Shown piece after piece: positions 7,924 to 15,931 of a stretch of DNA of 34,605 nt. Source of the DNA: Clostridiales bacterium (lineage in GTDB: Bacteria > Bacillota > Clostridia > Lachnospirales > Lachnospiraceae). The notes beneath the pieces were generated by a model. It worked only from the letters and a program-made list of their open reading frames with translations, was not told where the DNA came from and did not search any database. Every line of letters begins with the position of its first letter. Positions within the stretch are counted from its first letter, which is position 1. A program made the translations under genes and the position numbers. The DNA is taken from NCBI GenBank assembly GCA_012512995.1, contig JAAZDA010000177.1, forward strand, positions 1-34,605, written 5' to 3'.

Positions 7924-8175
7924 ATGGGAATGTTTCCTGATGAGAAATATGTGGAGGACCTCAGAAAGAGATTTCCTGAGGGCTGCAGGATCTGCCTTGA
8001 CTATATGGGCGACGATCCGCGTCCCATTCCTCCCGGAACCAAAGGAACGGTGAAGCACGTCGATGATATCGGCACAGTCCACTGCGACTTTGATAACGGC
8101 AGGCGTCTCGGCCTGGTACCCGGTGAGGATTCCTTTCACAGGATCAAAGAGAAAGACAGGGGTGATGAGCGATGA
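7924..8175 (+). CDS. DUF4314-family small protein
   Basis: Recalled signature: P.G.RI.L..M.DDP.PIPPGTKGTV..VDDIGTVH..FDNGR.LGLVPGEDSF; start placed at ATG 7924 after GGAGGT. Confidence 0.85.
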   Translation: MGMFPDEKYVEDLRKRFPEGCRICLDYMGDDPRPIPPGTKGTVKHVDDIGTVHCDFDNGRRLGLVPGEDSFHRIKEKDRGDER

Positions 8176-8921
8176 GTATTGAGCTTACGATTCGTCCTAC
8201 CACCCCGACGGAGGACATGTACACCTATACTCAGTCCTCGCAGATTCAGGGGCAGACAGGCTGCATCGGCCATCTGAGAGCCGATATGGATTCCAACGGA
8301 GCAGGCTTCTTCTCAACCTGGGATGATCATCGCGGATATCTCAAGACGGATCAGTTCAAGGAAGAGTTCGATCAGGTGATCAATCGCCTGCGCTTCAGTG
8401 TCGGTGATGAAAACGCTATCCGGCATGAAGACGGTGACTGCTTCCTGAAGAACAGATCCGCACTTGCTCAGTATTGCTGGAGTCAGCCCTCTGCCCGAAT
8501 GAAGACGGACGAAGAAAACTACGGTTTCCGAGTGGATACTGACAACTACACCTATATGATGAGACTCAACCCGAACAAGGGCGTTTATAACTTGTACTGC
8601 TACTGCTACCGGCGTGACTGGCTGGATCAGCATCTGCATAATGCGGAGCGTGGTATCCGGTTCATTGATAGTCATTACAACAACCTGTTCAAGGTTCCGG
8701 ATGGCGGGAAGGTGCGGGTCGCGTATTCGGACGGCGAGGTACGGGATGTGGCCTGCCGCTATATCGATGAGTATCATCTGGAGTTCGGCGGTGACAGCTG
8801 CAATCTGCTACATATCTGCGAACTGGCAGAAAAAATGGAGAAGAACGGTCACAAAATCGAGCCTATCGATGTGATGCCGGAACCTGAAAAGAAAAGCAGA
8901 AACAGAGGTGAGGCTCGATGA
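8172..8921 (+). CDS. Conserved ICE hypothetical protein (two small domains)
   Basis: 249-aa ORF coupled by ATGA overlaps at both ends; motifs GCIGHLRAD, YNLYCYCY and IRFIDSHYNNLF.VPDGG typical of Clostridiales ICE proteins. Confidence 0.8.
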   Translation: MSIELTIRPTTPTEDMYTYTQSSQIQGQTGCIGHLRADMDSNGAGFFSTWDDHRGYLKTDQFKEEFDQVINRLRFSVGDENAIRHEDGDCFLKNRSALAQYCWSQPSARMKTDEENYGFRVDTDNYTYMMRLNPNKGVYNLYCYCYRRDWLDQHLHNAERGIRFIDSHYNNLFKVPDGGKVRVAYSDGEVRDVACRYIDEYHLEFGGDSCNLLHICELAEKMEKNGHKIEPIDVMPEPEKKSRNRGEAR

Positions 8922-9100
8922 GATATTTCGTTGATATCAAAGCTACAAGCTACGCAACCATTACGGTGGAGGCAGATTCCCTTGAGGAAGCCGAAGAAAA
9001 GGCGCAGGAAGCCTATTACAACGGAATGGTCGAATGGAGGAACTGCGATCTCGATATCGAGGCGCGGATCATGGAAAAGGATCGAGGTGAAGAAAGATGA
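8918..9100 (+). CDS. DpnD/PcfM-like small protein
   Basis: Y.V.I......I.VEADSLEEAEEKAQEAY pattern; ATGA coupling. Confidence 0.65.
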   Translation: MRYFVDIKATSYATITVEADSLEEAEEKAQEAYYNGMVEWRNCDLDIEARIMEKDRGEER

Positions 9101-9390
9101 TGGAAGATTACAAGCGTGAAAGCTTTTACGGTGATGACAATTTCAAGGACTATGAGTTCATTTCCGATGAAGGCACCTTTGAGTGCGAATACGTCGGTCG
9201 CTGGATGAACAAGGACGAAAACCTTGTGTGCTGCTTCGACTTTGATGACGGACGTAAGGTCCGCTCTATGGCCTGGCAGAACAACGGCTATTACAAGCTG
9301 GAGCAGATTCCTCTCGGAAGCAGGCTCCGCCTTGAATTCAAGATGTCCAATACCGGCAAAAACTACCTGAGAAAAGTAGTGATTCTCTGA
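9097..9390 (+). CDS. Hypothetical beta-rich protein (possible OB-fold)
   Basis: 97-aa coupled ORF; alternating hydrophobic strands, G.RLRLEFK....GKNYL. The fold is a guess. Confidence 0.7.
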   Translation: MMEDYKRESFYGDDNFKDYEFISDEGTFECEYVGRWMNKDENLVCCFDFDDGRKVRSMAWQNNGYYKLEQIPLGSRLRLEFKMSNTGKNYLRKVVIL

Positions 9391-9935
9391 TGGATAGCCG
9401 GGACAGACTGATATGGACCAGTCAACCTGACTTTGAAGAGTACCGGGAAGATCTCAAGGCAGACTTCCCGGAATGCTCTGAGGATGAGCTGCGCGATATC
9501 CTGCAGCAATCCAACTGGGACAGGCTGCAGTTTGATCGTGAGGAACTGGCCCATTTATATGATGACAGCATCCTAGTGATTGCGGATCTCGGCTTATGGG
9601 ACGGAAGACATACCGCCTATAAGGAAATCGAGTCCGGGAATCTCATGGATTGCTTTGAAACGTCCAGAGATACGCTGGATATTGAATGGTTCGTGGATAA
9701 GAACGGCGATCTTCGCTGCAATGATTATCACCACGATGGTACCAATCATTATCTCTACCGCGTATGGAAAGACAATATATCAGAGGCGCAGAAAGATAAT
9801 CTGCGCCTCAAACTTTATCACGGAGACTACAGCCGAGCGGATGTTACCCGCTGTACGAAAAGGTTGGGAGATGAAATCGGGAAGGTTTACGGCTGGACCT
9901 TCCCGGAAAGAAAGGAAAGGAGTTGCGAAAGATGA
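9390..9935 (+). CDS. Conserved ICE hypothetical protein
   Basis: 181-aa ORF, TGATG-coupled; ADLGLWDGR and HHDGTNHYLYR motifs. Confidence 0.8.
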   Translation: MDSRDRLIWTSQPDFEEYREDLKADFPECSEDELRDILQQSNWDRLQFDREELAHLYDDSILVIADLGLWDGRHTAYKEIESGNLMDCFETSRDTLDIEWFVDKNGDLRCNDYHHDGTNHYLYRVWKDNISEAQKDNLRLKLYHGDYSRADVTRCTKRLGDEIGKVYGWTFPERKERSCER

Positions 9936-10360
9936 TAGATACTTGTGTATGCTGCGGCGTGTATGTGCCTGAAGGCTTTATGATCTGCCCCGGATGCTTG
10001 AAATACGAGCCGAAGATCCCGGCAAATAAGAAGGACGCCATTCTCGAATACCTGAGAAAGTACCACTGCGGAAGACGCAACGCGGTTCACAGCAAAGAGC
10101 TTCAGGAGATCTTCAAACTGGATGACCGTGCGGTACGCCGCAAAATCAGTGCTCTTCGTCAGGAAGGACATCCGATCTGCAGCGGAGATATGGGCTACTA
10201 CTATGCCGAAAGCCAGAAGGAAATCAATTCGACCGTCAATAGGCTCAATGATCTCGTGACGGGAGTTGCTAATGCCAGAACCGGTCTGCTTTATGCTCAG
10301 GTTATGGAACCGGTCATGACCGTAAAGGTCACCCTTAATATGGCAGGCGGTGATGCTTAA
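9932..10360 (+). CDS. Zinc-ribbon + winged-HTH DNA-binding protein
   Basis: N-terminal CVCCG..CPGC, then SKELQEIFKLDDRAVRRKISALRQEGHPICS...GYYY (HTH_11-like); ATG 9932 overlaps the upstream TGA. Confidence 0.75.
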   Translation: MIDTCVCCGVYVPEGFMICPGCLKYEPKIPANKKDAILEYLRKYHCGRRNAVHSKELQEIFKLDDRAVRRKISALRQEGHPICSGDMGYYYAESQKEINSTVNRLNDLVTGVANARTGLLYAQVMEPVMTVKVTLNMAGGDA

Positions 10361-11397
10361 TGCCGGAGGATATTTATAAGCAGGATCGCTTCTATGTGAA
10401 TCTGGATCAGGACGAGATCATTTGGATGTACCAAAACCCTGATGCCGTCAGCGGCGACCAGTTTGTGTGTAACAGATTCGGAGTCGAGCTGCTCAGAGAA
10501 GCGATACGTGAGTGTCCCATTGGTCCTGACAGCGGTTTTGAGGCATATCCGGTCTATGATTATATCGAGGAACATAGCAGACAATACCTGACGGATGTGG
10601 GCGATTTCCTTTATCCGTTGGAGGAAGAAAAGTTTAGGAGCGAGCCTGTAGCCGTTGCTCAAGGGCACGGCACCTTGGAAACATTACAGCTGTTGTTCCA
10701 GGCAAAAGAACTGATCGATCAGTTCTGCGTGGAAGAGTTCGGAAGTCCCGCCGATTTCAAAGATCTGAAAAAGGTGGGGCTTGCTTATACCACTACGGAA
10801 GATGATAAGCATGAGATCCAGGCCTATGCAAACCTCATTGATCATCAGACAGAGGTTTATCTGGACGGTGAAATCATAGCTACTCAAAAAGTAGAATCCC
10901 TGAAGCAATACGTAGAGAACCTTCTCCCGTATTTGGACTTCAACGAGCTCGTTGACATTCCCGAATGGGTAATGGATGAGCATCTTGGCCGTGGAGCTTT
11001 CCGTGAGGACCTGCAGTTCATGCAGCATCATGCCTGGGGAAATACCTATGACCTTTGTTTTGAGGTCAGCAGCTATATGTATGGCGGCGGACTGGCGATT
11101 GAGCTTTATGACAGAACAGACGGTGATTTGGAACCGTATTCAAATCTCACTGTGAATATCGATGCCAGACTTTCGGGACCGGATTGTGCTTTTGTGGACA
11201 CCAATAATTTTGGTACTGCTGAGGAACTGATTCGGAACAACAAGCTGGGTAAGCCTACCGGAAGGATCGGATACAGCGGCTACTGTTCCTATCCTGAGTA
11301 TCGCTTTGATATGAAGGAAATCTACAAGTACTGCATCAACCCGGATGACATTCCGGCTATTGAGCCGAAAAAGAAAGAAAGGAGCTATGAGAGATGA
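10360..11397 (+). CDS. Multi-domain acidic protein with C-terminal DUF4313 domain
   Basis: C-terminal Y..GGLAIEL....EPY..LTVN....AFVDTNN......LGKPTGR...SGYC.YPEY.F recalled as DUF4313. Confidence 0.75.
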   Translation: MPEDIYKQDRFYVNLDQDEIIWMYQNPDAVSGDQFVCNRFGVELLREAIRECPIGPDSGFEAYPVYDYIEEHSRQYLTDVGDFLYPLEEEKFRSEPVAVAQGHGTLETLQLLFQAKELIDQFCVEEFGSPADFKDLKKVGLAYTTTEDDKHEIQAYANLIDHQTEVYLDGEIIATQKVESLKQYVENLLPYLDFNELVDIPEWVMDEHLGRGAFREDLQFMQHHAWGNTYDLCFEVSSYMYGGGLAIELYDRTDGDLEPYSNLTVNIDARLSGPDCAFVDTNNFGTAEELIRNNKLGKPTGRIGYSGYCSYPEYRFDMKEIYKYCINPDDIPAIEPKKKERSYER

Positions 11398-11480
11398 AGA
11401 AAGAAATCATTTTTATAGACGAGGACACCCTCACTCCGGAAGAATGGGAGGCGATTGCAGATGAGCAGACCGAAGAATAA
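11394..11480 (+). CDS. 28-aa acidic peptide (MKKEIIFIDEDTLTPEEWEAIADEQTEE)
   Basis: Not in the ORF track; ATGA overlap with the upstream stop, SD AAGGAG (11379-11384), overlaps the ArdC start. Confidence 0.5.
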   Translation: MKKEIIFIDEDTLTPEEWEAIADEQTEE

Positions 11481-12468
11481 AGAAGAATACCGCGTAGAGC
11501 TTGCGGAAGCCTTTGCTCATGTGCTTGAGGAAAAGGGCCTTGAATGGAAGAAAGAATGGACCGGTCAGGGCGGCGGTGCTCCGCATAATGGAATTACCAA
11601 AGCCTGTTACCGGGGAACCAATGCTTTCTGGCTGTCCCTGATTTCCATGATGAAGGGCTACGACGATCCCCGTTGGGTGACCATGATCCAGATCATGGAT
11701 AACGATGGAAAATACCATCCGAACCAGCAGTGGCATCTGAAGAAAGGCAGCAAGGCCACTTATGTTGAATACTGGTATCCTTACGACACCAAAGATAAGA
11801 AAGCTCTCACCTGGGAACAGTACAAGGATGCCCTGGCGAACGGCAGAGACGAAAAGGAATTTACTCTCTCCACCAGATACACGGCAGTATTTAATGCTCG
11901 TGATGTGGAAGGCATGCCGGAGTTTCAGATCCAGAGCAACCCGGAAGTGTCTCAGGATGAACTGATCCGAAAGCTTTCCGAAGGAATGGGCGTGGAGATC
12001 TTTACTGATGGCGGTGATCAGGCGTACTATTCACCGTCACAGGATAAGATTCATCTACCGACTCCTGAATCCTTCATCAGCGAATATGCCTTCAATGCTA
12101 CGGCACTGCATGAGCTTTCACACAGCACCGGCCATCCTACAAGGCTGAACAGACCGCAGAGCGCTTTCTTCGGAACCAGCCAGTATGCATATGAGGAGCT
12201 TGTGGCGGAGATGTGTTCCTGCTTTATGGGAGCTGAGCTTCATACAGAAGCTACTCCTGAGCATATCGATAACCACAAAGCCTATGTGCAATCCTGGATC
12301 CAGGCGATTACGGAAAAGCCTGAAACGCTGGTTAAGGCAATCAAAGACGCTCAGGCAGCTGCCAACTATATGGACTTCAAAGCCGGGCTTATTACTGAAG
12401 TGGAATACGCCAAGACCTGCGGCTCAGTAATGGAGGTCAAGCCGAAGGACAGAAGTCTGGAACGCTGA
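11461..12468 (+). CDS. ardC: ArdC-like antirestriction protein (DUF1738 ssDNA-binding + zincin/MPTase domain)
   Basis: W.K.W....P.N..T...YRG.N..L, DPRW.T..Q, VFNA; HELSHSTGH (HExxH) and YAYEELVAE; AYVQSW; ATG 11461 after GGGAGG. Confidence 0.88.
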   Translation: MSRPKNKEEYRVELAEAFAHVLEEKGLEWKKEWTGQGGGAPHNGITKACYRGTNAFWLSLISMMKGYDDPRWVTMIQIMDNDGKYHPNQQWHLKKGSKATYVEYWYPYDTKDKKALTWEQYKDALANGRDEKEFTLSTRYTAVFNARDVEGMPEFQIQSNPEVSQDELIRKLSEGMGVEIFTDGGDQAYYSPSQDKIHLPTPESFISEYAFNATALHELSHSTGHPTRLNRPQSAFFGTSQYAYEELVAEMCSCFMGAELHTEATPEHIDNHKAYVQSWIQAITEKPETLVKAIKDAQAAANYMDFKAGLITEVEYAKTCGSVMEVKPKDRSLER

Positions 12469-12533
12469 AATCGCACATTTGTAATGGTTGATTCTTCCGT
12501 GTACCATAAAGAAAAAACGGAAGGTGAAGATAT

Positions 12534-12689
12534 ATGTTTAAGAAGAAAGCTGAAAAAAGAGTCGTTGAATTGAATCCTTCTGAGGTTCGCCTTCTGCTTA
12601 CTGCGCTGATGAATTTCAGAAACAAGGTTGCAAAGACGGGAAGACCTACGGAAGATATCAATGAGCTGATCCTGATGGTCACCAAGTAA
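12534..12689 (+). CDS. 51-aa protein, paralog of the 18094-18291 ORF
   Basis: MFKKKAEKRVVELNPSEVRLLLTALMNFRNKVAKTGRPTEDINELILMVTK; SD GAAGGTG; not in the ORF track. Confidence 0.8.
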   Translation: MFKKKAEKRVVELNPSEVRLLLTALMNFRNKVAKTGRPTEDINELILMVTK

Positions 12690-12754
12690 AAGAGACTCTA
12701 TAATACGATAACGAGCCGTGAAGTTTATGAGAAATCAGAACTTCACGGCTCGTT
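12676..12754 (+). promoter_or_regulatory. Putative promoter plus 16-bp perfect hairpin
   Basis: TGGTCA - 17 nt - TATAAT (12699-12704); stem AACGAGCCGTGAAGTT (12710-12725) / AACTTCACGGCTCGTT (12739-12754) with inner TGA-GAAA-TCA. Confidence 0.5.
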
Positions 12755-12777
12755 CTATATACGGAGGTGGAACTACG

Positions 12778-13263
12778 ATGATTTATTTCGGAGTGTTGTT
12801 TTTGGCAAAGGTTTTGGACAACGCTCTATCAACTACAAAAACCATAATGATACAGAGAAGCCGGTGGATCCTTGCGGGCATTGCGGTGATTCTGTCCGAC
12901 TTCATTTATTACTGGATTACGAAGCGCGTGGTATCTGCCGACGGAGAGCTGGCAATGCTCATTGTTTCCGTCGCGGGCGGTATCGGCTGCAGTCTGGCCT
13001 GTCTGGTCAGCGATAAACTTTCCAAGGACAGGACCTACGTAAATGTAATCATGTCAGATAATCTGGAAGCTATGAAAGCATTCCGTGATTTTCTGGCGGA
13101 GCATCATATCACCAATGTGGCAGCCGACACATATACCCTCGACTGGAATAAGAAAACAATTTCTATTACTGCATACCCGGAGACAAAGGCTGAGAGTCGC
13201 CTGATCCGCGATTATATCGCAAACAGTCATTTGAAGTTCAAGCTTGTGGTTCAGCCGGGTTAA
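12778..13263 (+). CDS. Membrane protein, UPF0316/DUF5698-like (three TM helices + soluble C-terminal domain)
   Basis: LFLAKVLDNALSTTKTIMIQR resembles the UPF0316 N-terminus; GGIGCSL helix; ATG 12778 after GGAGGT. Confidence 0.7.
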   Translation: MIYFGVLFLAKVLDNALSTTKTIMIQRSRWILAGIAVILSDFIYYWITKRVVSADGELAMLIVSVAGGIGCSLACLVSDKLSKDRTYVNVIMSDNLEAMKAFRDFLAEHHITNVAADTYTLDWNKKTISITAYPETKAESRLIRDYIANSHLKFKLVVQPG

Positions 13264-13279
13264 GAGAAAGAGAGGTCAC

Positions 13280-13612
13280 ATGAACAGTGAAGAACTGAAT
13301 GTCGCGGTCTATAACAAAATGAACCGCGAGCAGGCGATCTATACCGACTGGCTTCTGACACTTCCTCCTGAAGAGATCCTTCAACATTCCTATGAGTATA
13401 CAGTCCGTCAGGATATTCTGTTTGCCATGGAATACATGGAGCTTCAGCCGAAGCAGTGCGAGGCGCTTCTGAAATCCAAGGACATCATCGGTGACGTGCT
13501 TTCCGACTTCAACAAGATCGAGACCGGATATATGGATATCATCCGGGATTGCATAGAAGGCCGTGCGGACAAGATGATCTGTCTGGAAGCAGAACGCAAG
13601 GAGGCAAGATAA
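13280..13612 (+). CDS. DUF3848-family protein
   Basis: Y.KM..EQ..Y..WLL..PPEEIL.H.YEYTVR.DIL recalled as DUF3848; ATG 13280 after GAGGT. Confidence 0.8.
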   Translation: MNSEELNVAVYNKMNREQAIYTDWLLTLPPEEILQHSYEYTVRQDILFAMEYMELQPKQCEALLKSKDIIGDVLSDFNKIETGYMDIIRDCIEGRADKMICLEAERKEAR

Positions 13613-14559
13613 TGCCATATGTAGATCAGCAGCTTCTGGAGCAGGCACGGCAGGTGGATCTTCTGAGTTATCTCCAAAGCAGTGACCCTGGAAACCTTGT
13701 GAGGATCTCCGGGAACAACTACTGTACGAGAGAACATGACAGCTTGAAGATTTCTAACGGCAAGTGGTACTGGTTCTCCAGAGGCATCGGCGGTGTTTCC
13801 GCCGTAGATTACCTGATGAAAGTAAAAGAATATTCCTTCCCCGATGCGGTGGAGGCAGTGCTAGGCAGGACGGTTGCAGAAAGGCCGTCCTTTTCTTATG
13901 CCAGAAGGCCTGCAGAGCCGAGGAAACTCCTGATGCCGGAGCTGGTAAAGGATCCGGTACAGGCCAGAAAGTATTTAGAAAAGCGTGGAATTCATCACGA
14001 AATTATTGATTATTGCGTGAAACACAGCCTGCTTTTCGAGACAAGTGAGTATCACAATGCGGTGTTCGTCGGCTACGACGCTCACGGCATTGCAAGATAC
14101 GCCGCCATGCGCGGCACAATATCAGCCTACAAGGGAGAGGTCACCGGGAGTGACAAACACTTCTCGTTTTCAATGTCGGAAACCCCTGACGCGGAACACG
14201 TCCATCTTTTCGAGTCCGCTATTGACGCGATGAGCTTTGCGTCCCTTGCGGTGATGGAAGGACGTGACTGGAAACAGGACGCCCTCCTTTCCCTTGCAGG
14301 CGTATTCCAAACCAAACGAAAGGATGTGGTGCCTGTTGCTCTAAGTCAATACCTGACCGATCATCCGTCGGTAAAAGAGATCCACCTTCATCTTGATAAC
14401 GATGAGGTGGGACGCGGAGCGGCTGCCGGAATCGTCAGAGGGCTCTCGGATCGATATCAGGTCCTTGATGAGCCTCCGGATTCCCGCTACAAGGATATGA
14501 ACGATCAGGTCAAAGACAAAGTAAGAATGATGAAAAGGAAGGAGGAACCTGAACGATGA
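13612..14559 (+). CDS. DUF3991 + Toprim domain primase-like protein
   Basis: EHDSLKIS..KWYWFSRGIGG, YL.KRGI, LFESAIDAMS, LHLDND.VGR, KD.ND Toprim motifs. Confidence 0.88.
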   Translation: MPYVDQQLLEQARQVDLLSYLQSSDPGNLVRISGNNYCTREHDSLKISNGKWYWFSRGIGGVSAVDYLMKVKEYSFPDAVEAVLGRTVAERPSFSYARRPAEPRKLLMPELVKDPVQARKYLEKRGIHHEIIDYCVKHSLLFETSEYHNAVFVGYDAHGIARYAAMRGTISAYKGEVTGSDKHFSFSMSETPDAEHVHLFESAIDAMSFASLAVMEGRDWKQDALLSLAGVFQTKRKDVVPVALSQYLTDHPSVKEIHLHLDNDEVGRGAAAGIVRGLSDRYQVLDEPPDSRYKDMNDQVKDKVRMMKRKEEPER

Positions 14560-15290
14560 TGGAAATTTCAATTTACCAGATTGATCTGGACAAGGATGAG
14601 AACCGTGTTGCTTTTATCGGTCACGAAGCCCTGGAGCATTATCAGGGCACTTCGGAGATCGATTCCGCAATCTATGAAAAGGTCTACGAAGGAACCGTTG
14701 ATGCAAAGGATCTTGAAGATGTCTTCCGCATTTTCAACGTAGATCAGCCGGAGGATTACAGAGGCAGATCGCTCTCTGTTTCCGATATCGTTGAGACTGT
14801 TGATGAGAGAACCGGAGAATGTACCTGGCATTACTGCGATACCATCGGATTCAAGGATGTTGCTTTTGACCCCGATAAGGTATCGGAAATGAGGGCAACT
14901 CAGATCACGGTCGTATACATGGAACCCGGAAAGCTTGCAAAAACCGCCGAAATTGGCACCAGACTTGAAGACTTGCAGGCCGCTGTCGGCGGCTGCATCG
15001 AGGCTTTCTATCCCTTTGAGGATGAAGTCTGTATCGTCTGTAATGACGAAGGCAAGTTCAACGGCATGCAGCTGAACCGTGGCATCTACGGTGAAGACGG
15101 CAAACTCATGGACATTATTGCCGGACCGTTTTTCATCTGTGACTGCAGCGGTGAGAATTTTGGTTCTCTCAGCCAGGAGCAGCTTGAGCGATACGAAAAA
15201 CTCTATAAGAAGCCGGAGCGCTTCTACAGACAACACGGCGAGATTATCGCCGTACCTTATGAACCCAGAGAAAAATCTAACGAAAGATGA
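14556..15290 (+). CDS. YodL-domain + DUF3846 fusion protein
   Basis: YEKVY.G...LEDVF.IFN...PEDYRGRSLSVSDIV (YodL); LEDLQAAVGG.IE..VCNDEGK..G..LNR..DIIAGPFFI (DUF3846). Confidence 0.88.
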   Translation: MMEISIYQIDLDKDENRVAFIGHEALEHYQGTSEIDSAIYEKVYEGTVDAKDLEDVFRIFNVDQPEDYRGRSLSVSDIVETVDERTGECTWHYCDTIGFKDVAFDPDKVSEMRATQITVVYMEPGKLAKTAEIGTRLEDLQAAVGGCIEAFYPFEDEVCIVCNDEGKFNGMQLNRGIYGEDGKLMDIIAGPFFICDCSGENFGSLSQEQLERYEKLYKKPERFYRQHGEIIAVPYEPREKSNER

Positions 15291-15300
15291 GGAGAATGAT

Positions 15301-15504
15301 ATGGCGAAATTTGATGTATTCGTAACCATGCTCGATGTCGAGCATGCCATTGTGGAAGCGAAGGATGAGCAGGAAGCTCGTGAGAAGGTTGACCATTATA
15401 TTGACCATCTGATTCAGAAGGACATTATGGACCCTGGTGATCTCATGAATGCAAATATCGAAATCAGACCAGTCGAGTGGAACCGTCTGGAAGGCCTTGA
15501 GTAA
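15301..15504 (+). CDS. Small DpnD/PcfM-like protein (67 aa)
   Basis: MAKFDVFV......IVEAKDEQEAREKV; ATG 15301 after GAGGAG (the track ORF from 15079 is over-extended). Confidence 0.65.
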   Translation: MAKFDVFVTMLDVEHAIVEAKDEQEAREKVDHYIDHLIQKDIMDPGDLMNANIEIRPVEWNRLEGLE

Positions 15505-15600
15505 AAGGCACGGGTCCGTGGCATTTTACCAGCCAGCAAGCATCGCCTTTGGGAACCCAAAGTCAGCTTGTTGGGGTAGCCCCAAACCCTTACTGAAGAA
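15505..15600 (-). other. Putative origin of transfer (oriT)
   Basis: Non-coding gap directly upstream of mobC-relaxase with clustered inverted repeats CACGG/CCGTG (15509-15520), CTTTGGG/CCCAAAG (15547-15562), TTGGGG/CCCCAA (15571-15585); the minus strand reads CAACAAGC...CTTGCT. Confidence 0.65.
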
Positions 15601-15616
15601 ATCGAGGTGAACACAA

Positions 15617-15931
15617 GTGAGGACAAGAGAATATAGCCTGCATCTTCGTATGACACAGGCAGAGATGAGCCTGCTGAGAAAGCAGGCATCAAAGGCAGGG
15701 CTGAAGCCGCAGGCATATATTCTTGCCTTGCTGAAAGATAAGCCGGTTAAAGAGCTTCCTCAAATGGAGTTCTATGACGTGCTTAAGGTTTTACGACAAA
15801 TCAGCCTGAACATGAATCAGATTGCTGTGAAAGCAAATGCCATCGGCTTTGTGGACACGGCTGAGTACTGGAAGAATGTCGATGCGGTTCAGGCGGCTAT
15901 CAGCGAAATAAAGGAGGCGGTGAGAAACTGA
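15617..15931 (+). CDS. mobC: Relaxosome accessory protein MobC
   Basis: RHH-like N-terminus and L.QI..NMNQIA..AN motif; directly upstream of the relaxase. Confidence 0.9.
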   Translation: MRTREYSLHLRMTQAEMSLLRKQASKAGLKPQAYILALLKDKPVKELPQMEFYDVLKVLRQISLNMNQIAVKANAIGFVDTAEYWKNVDAVQAAISEIKEAVRN

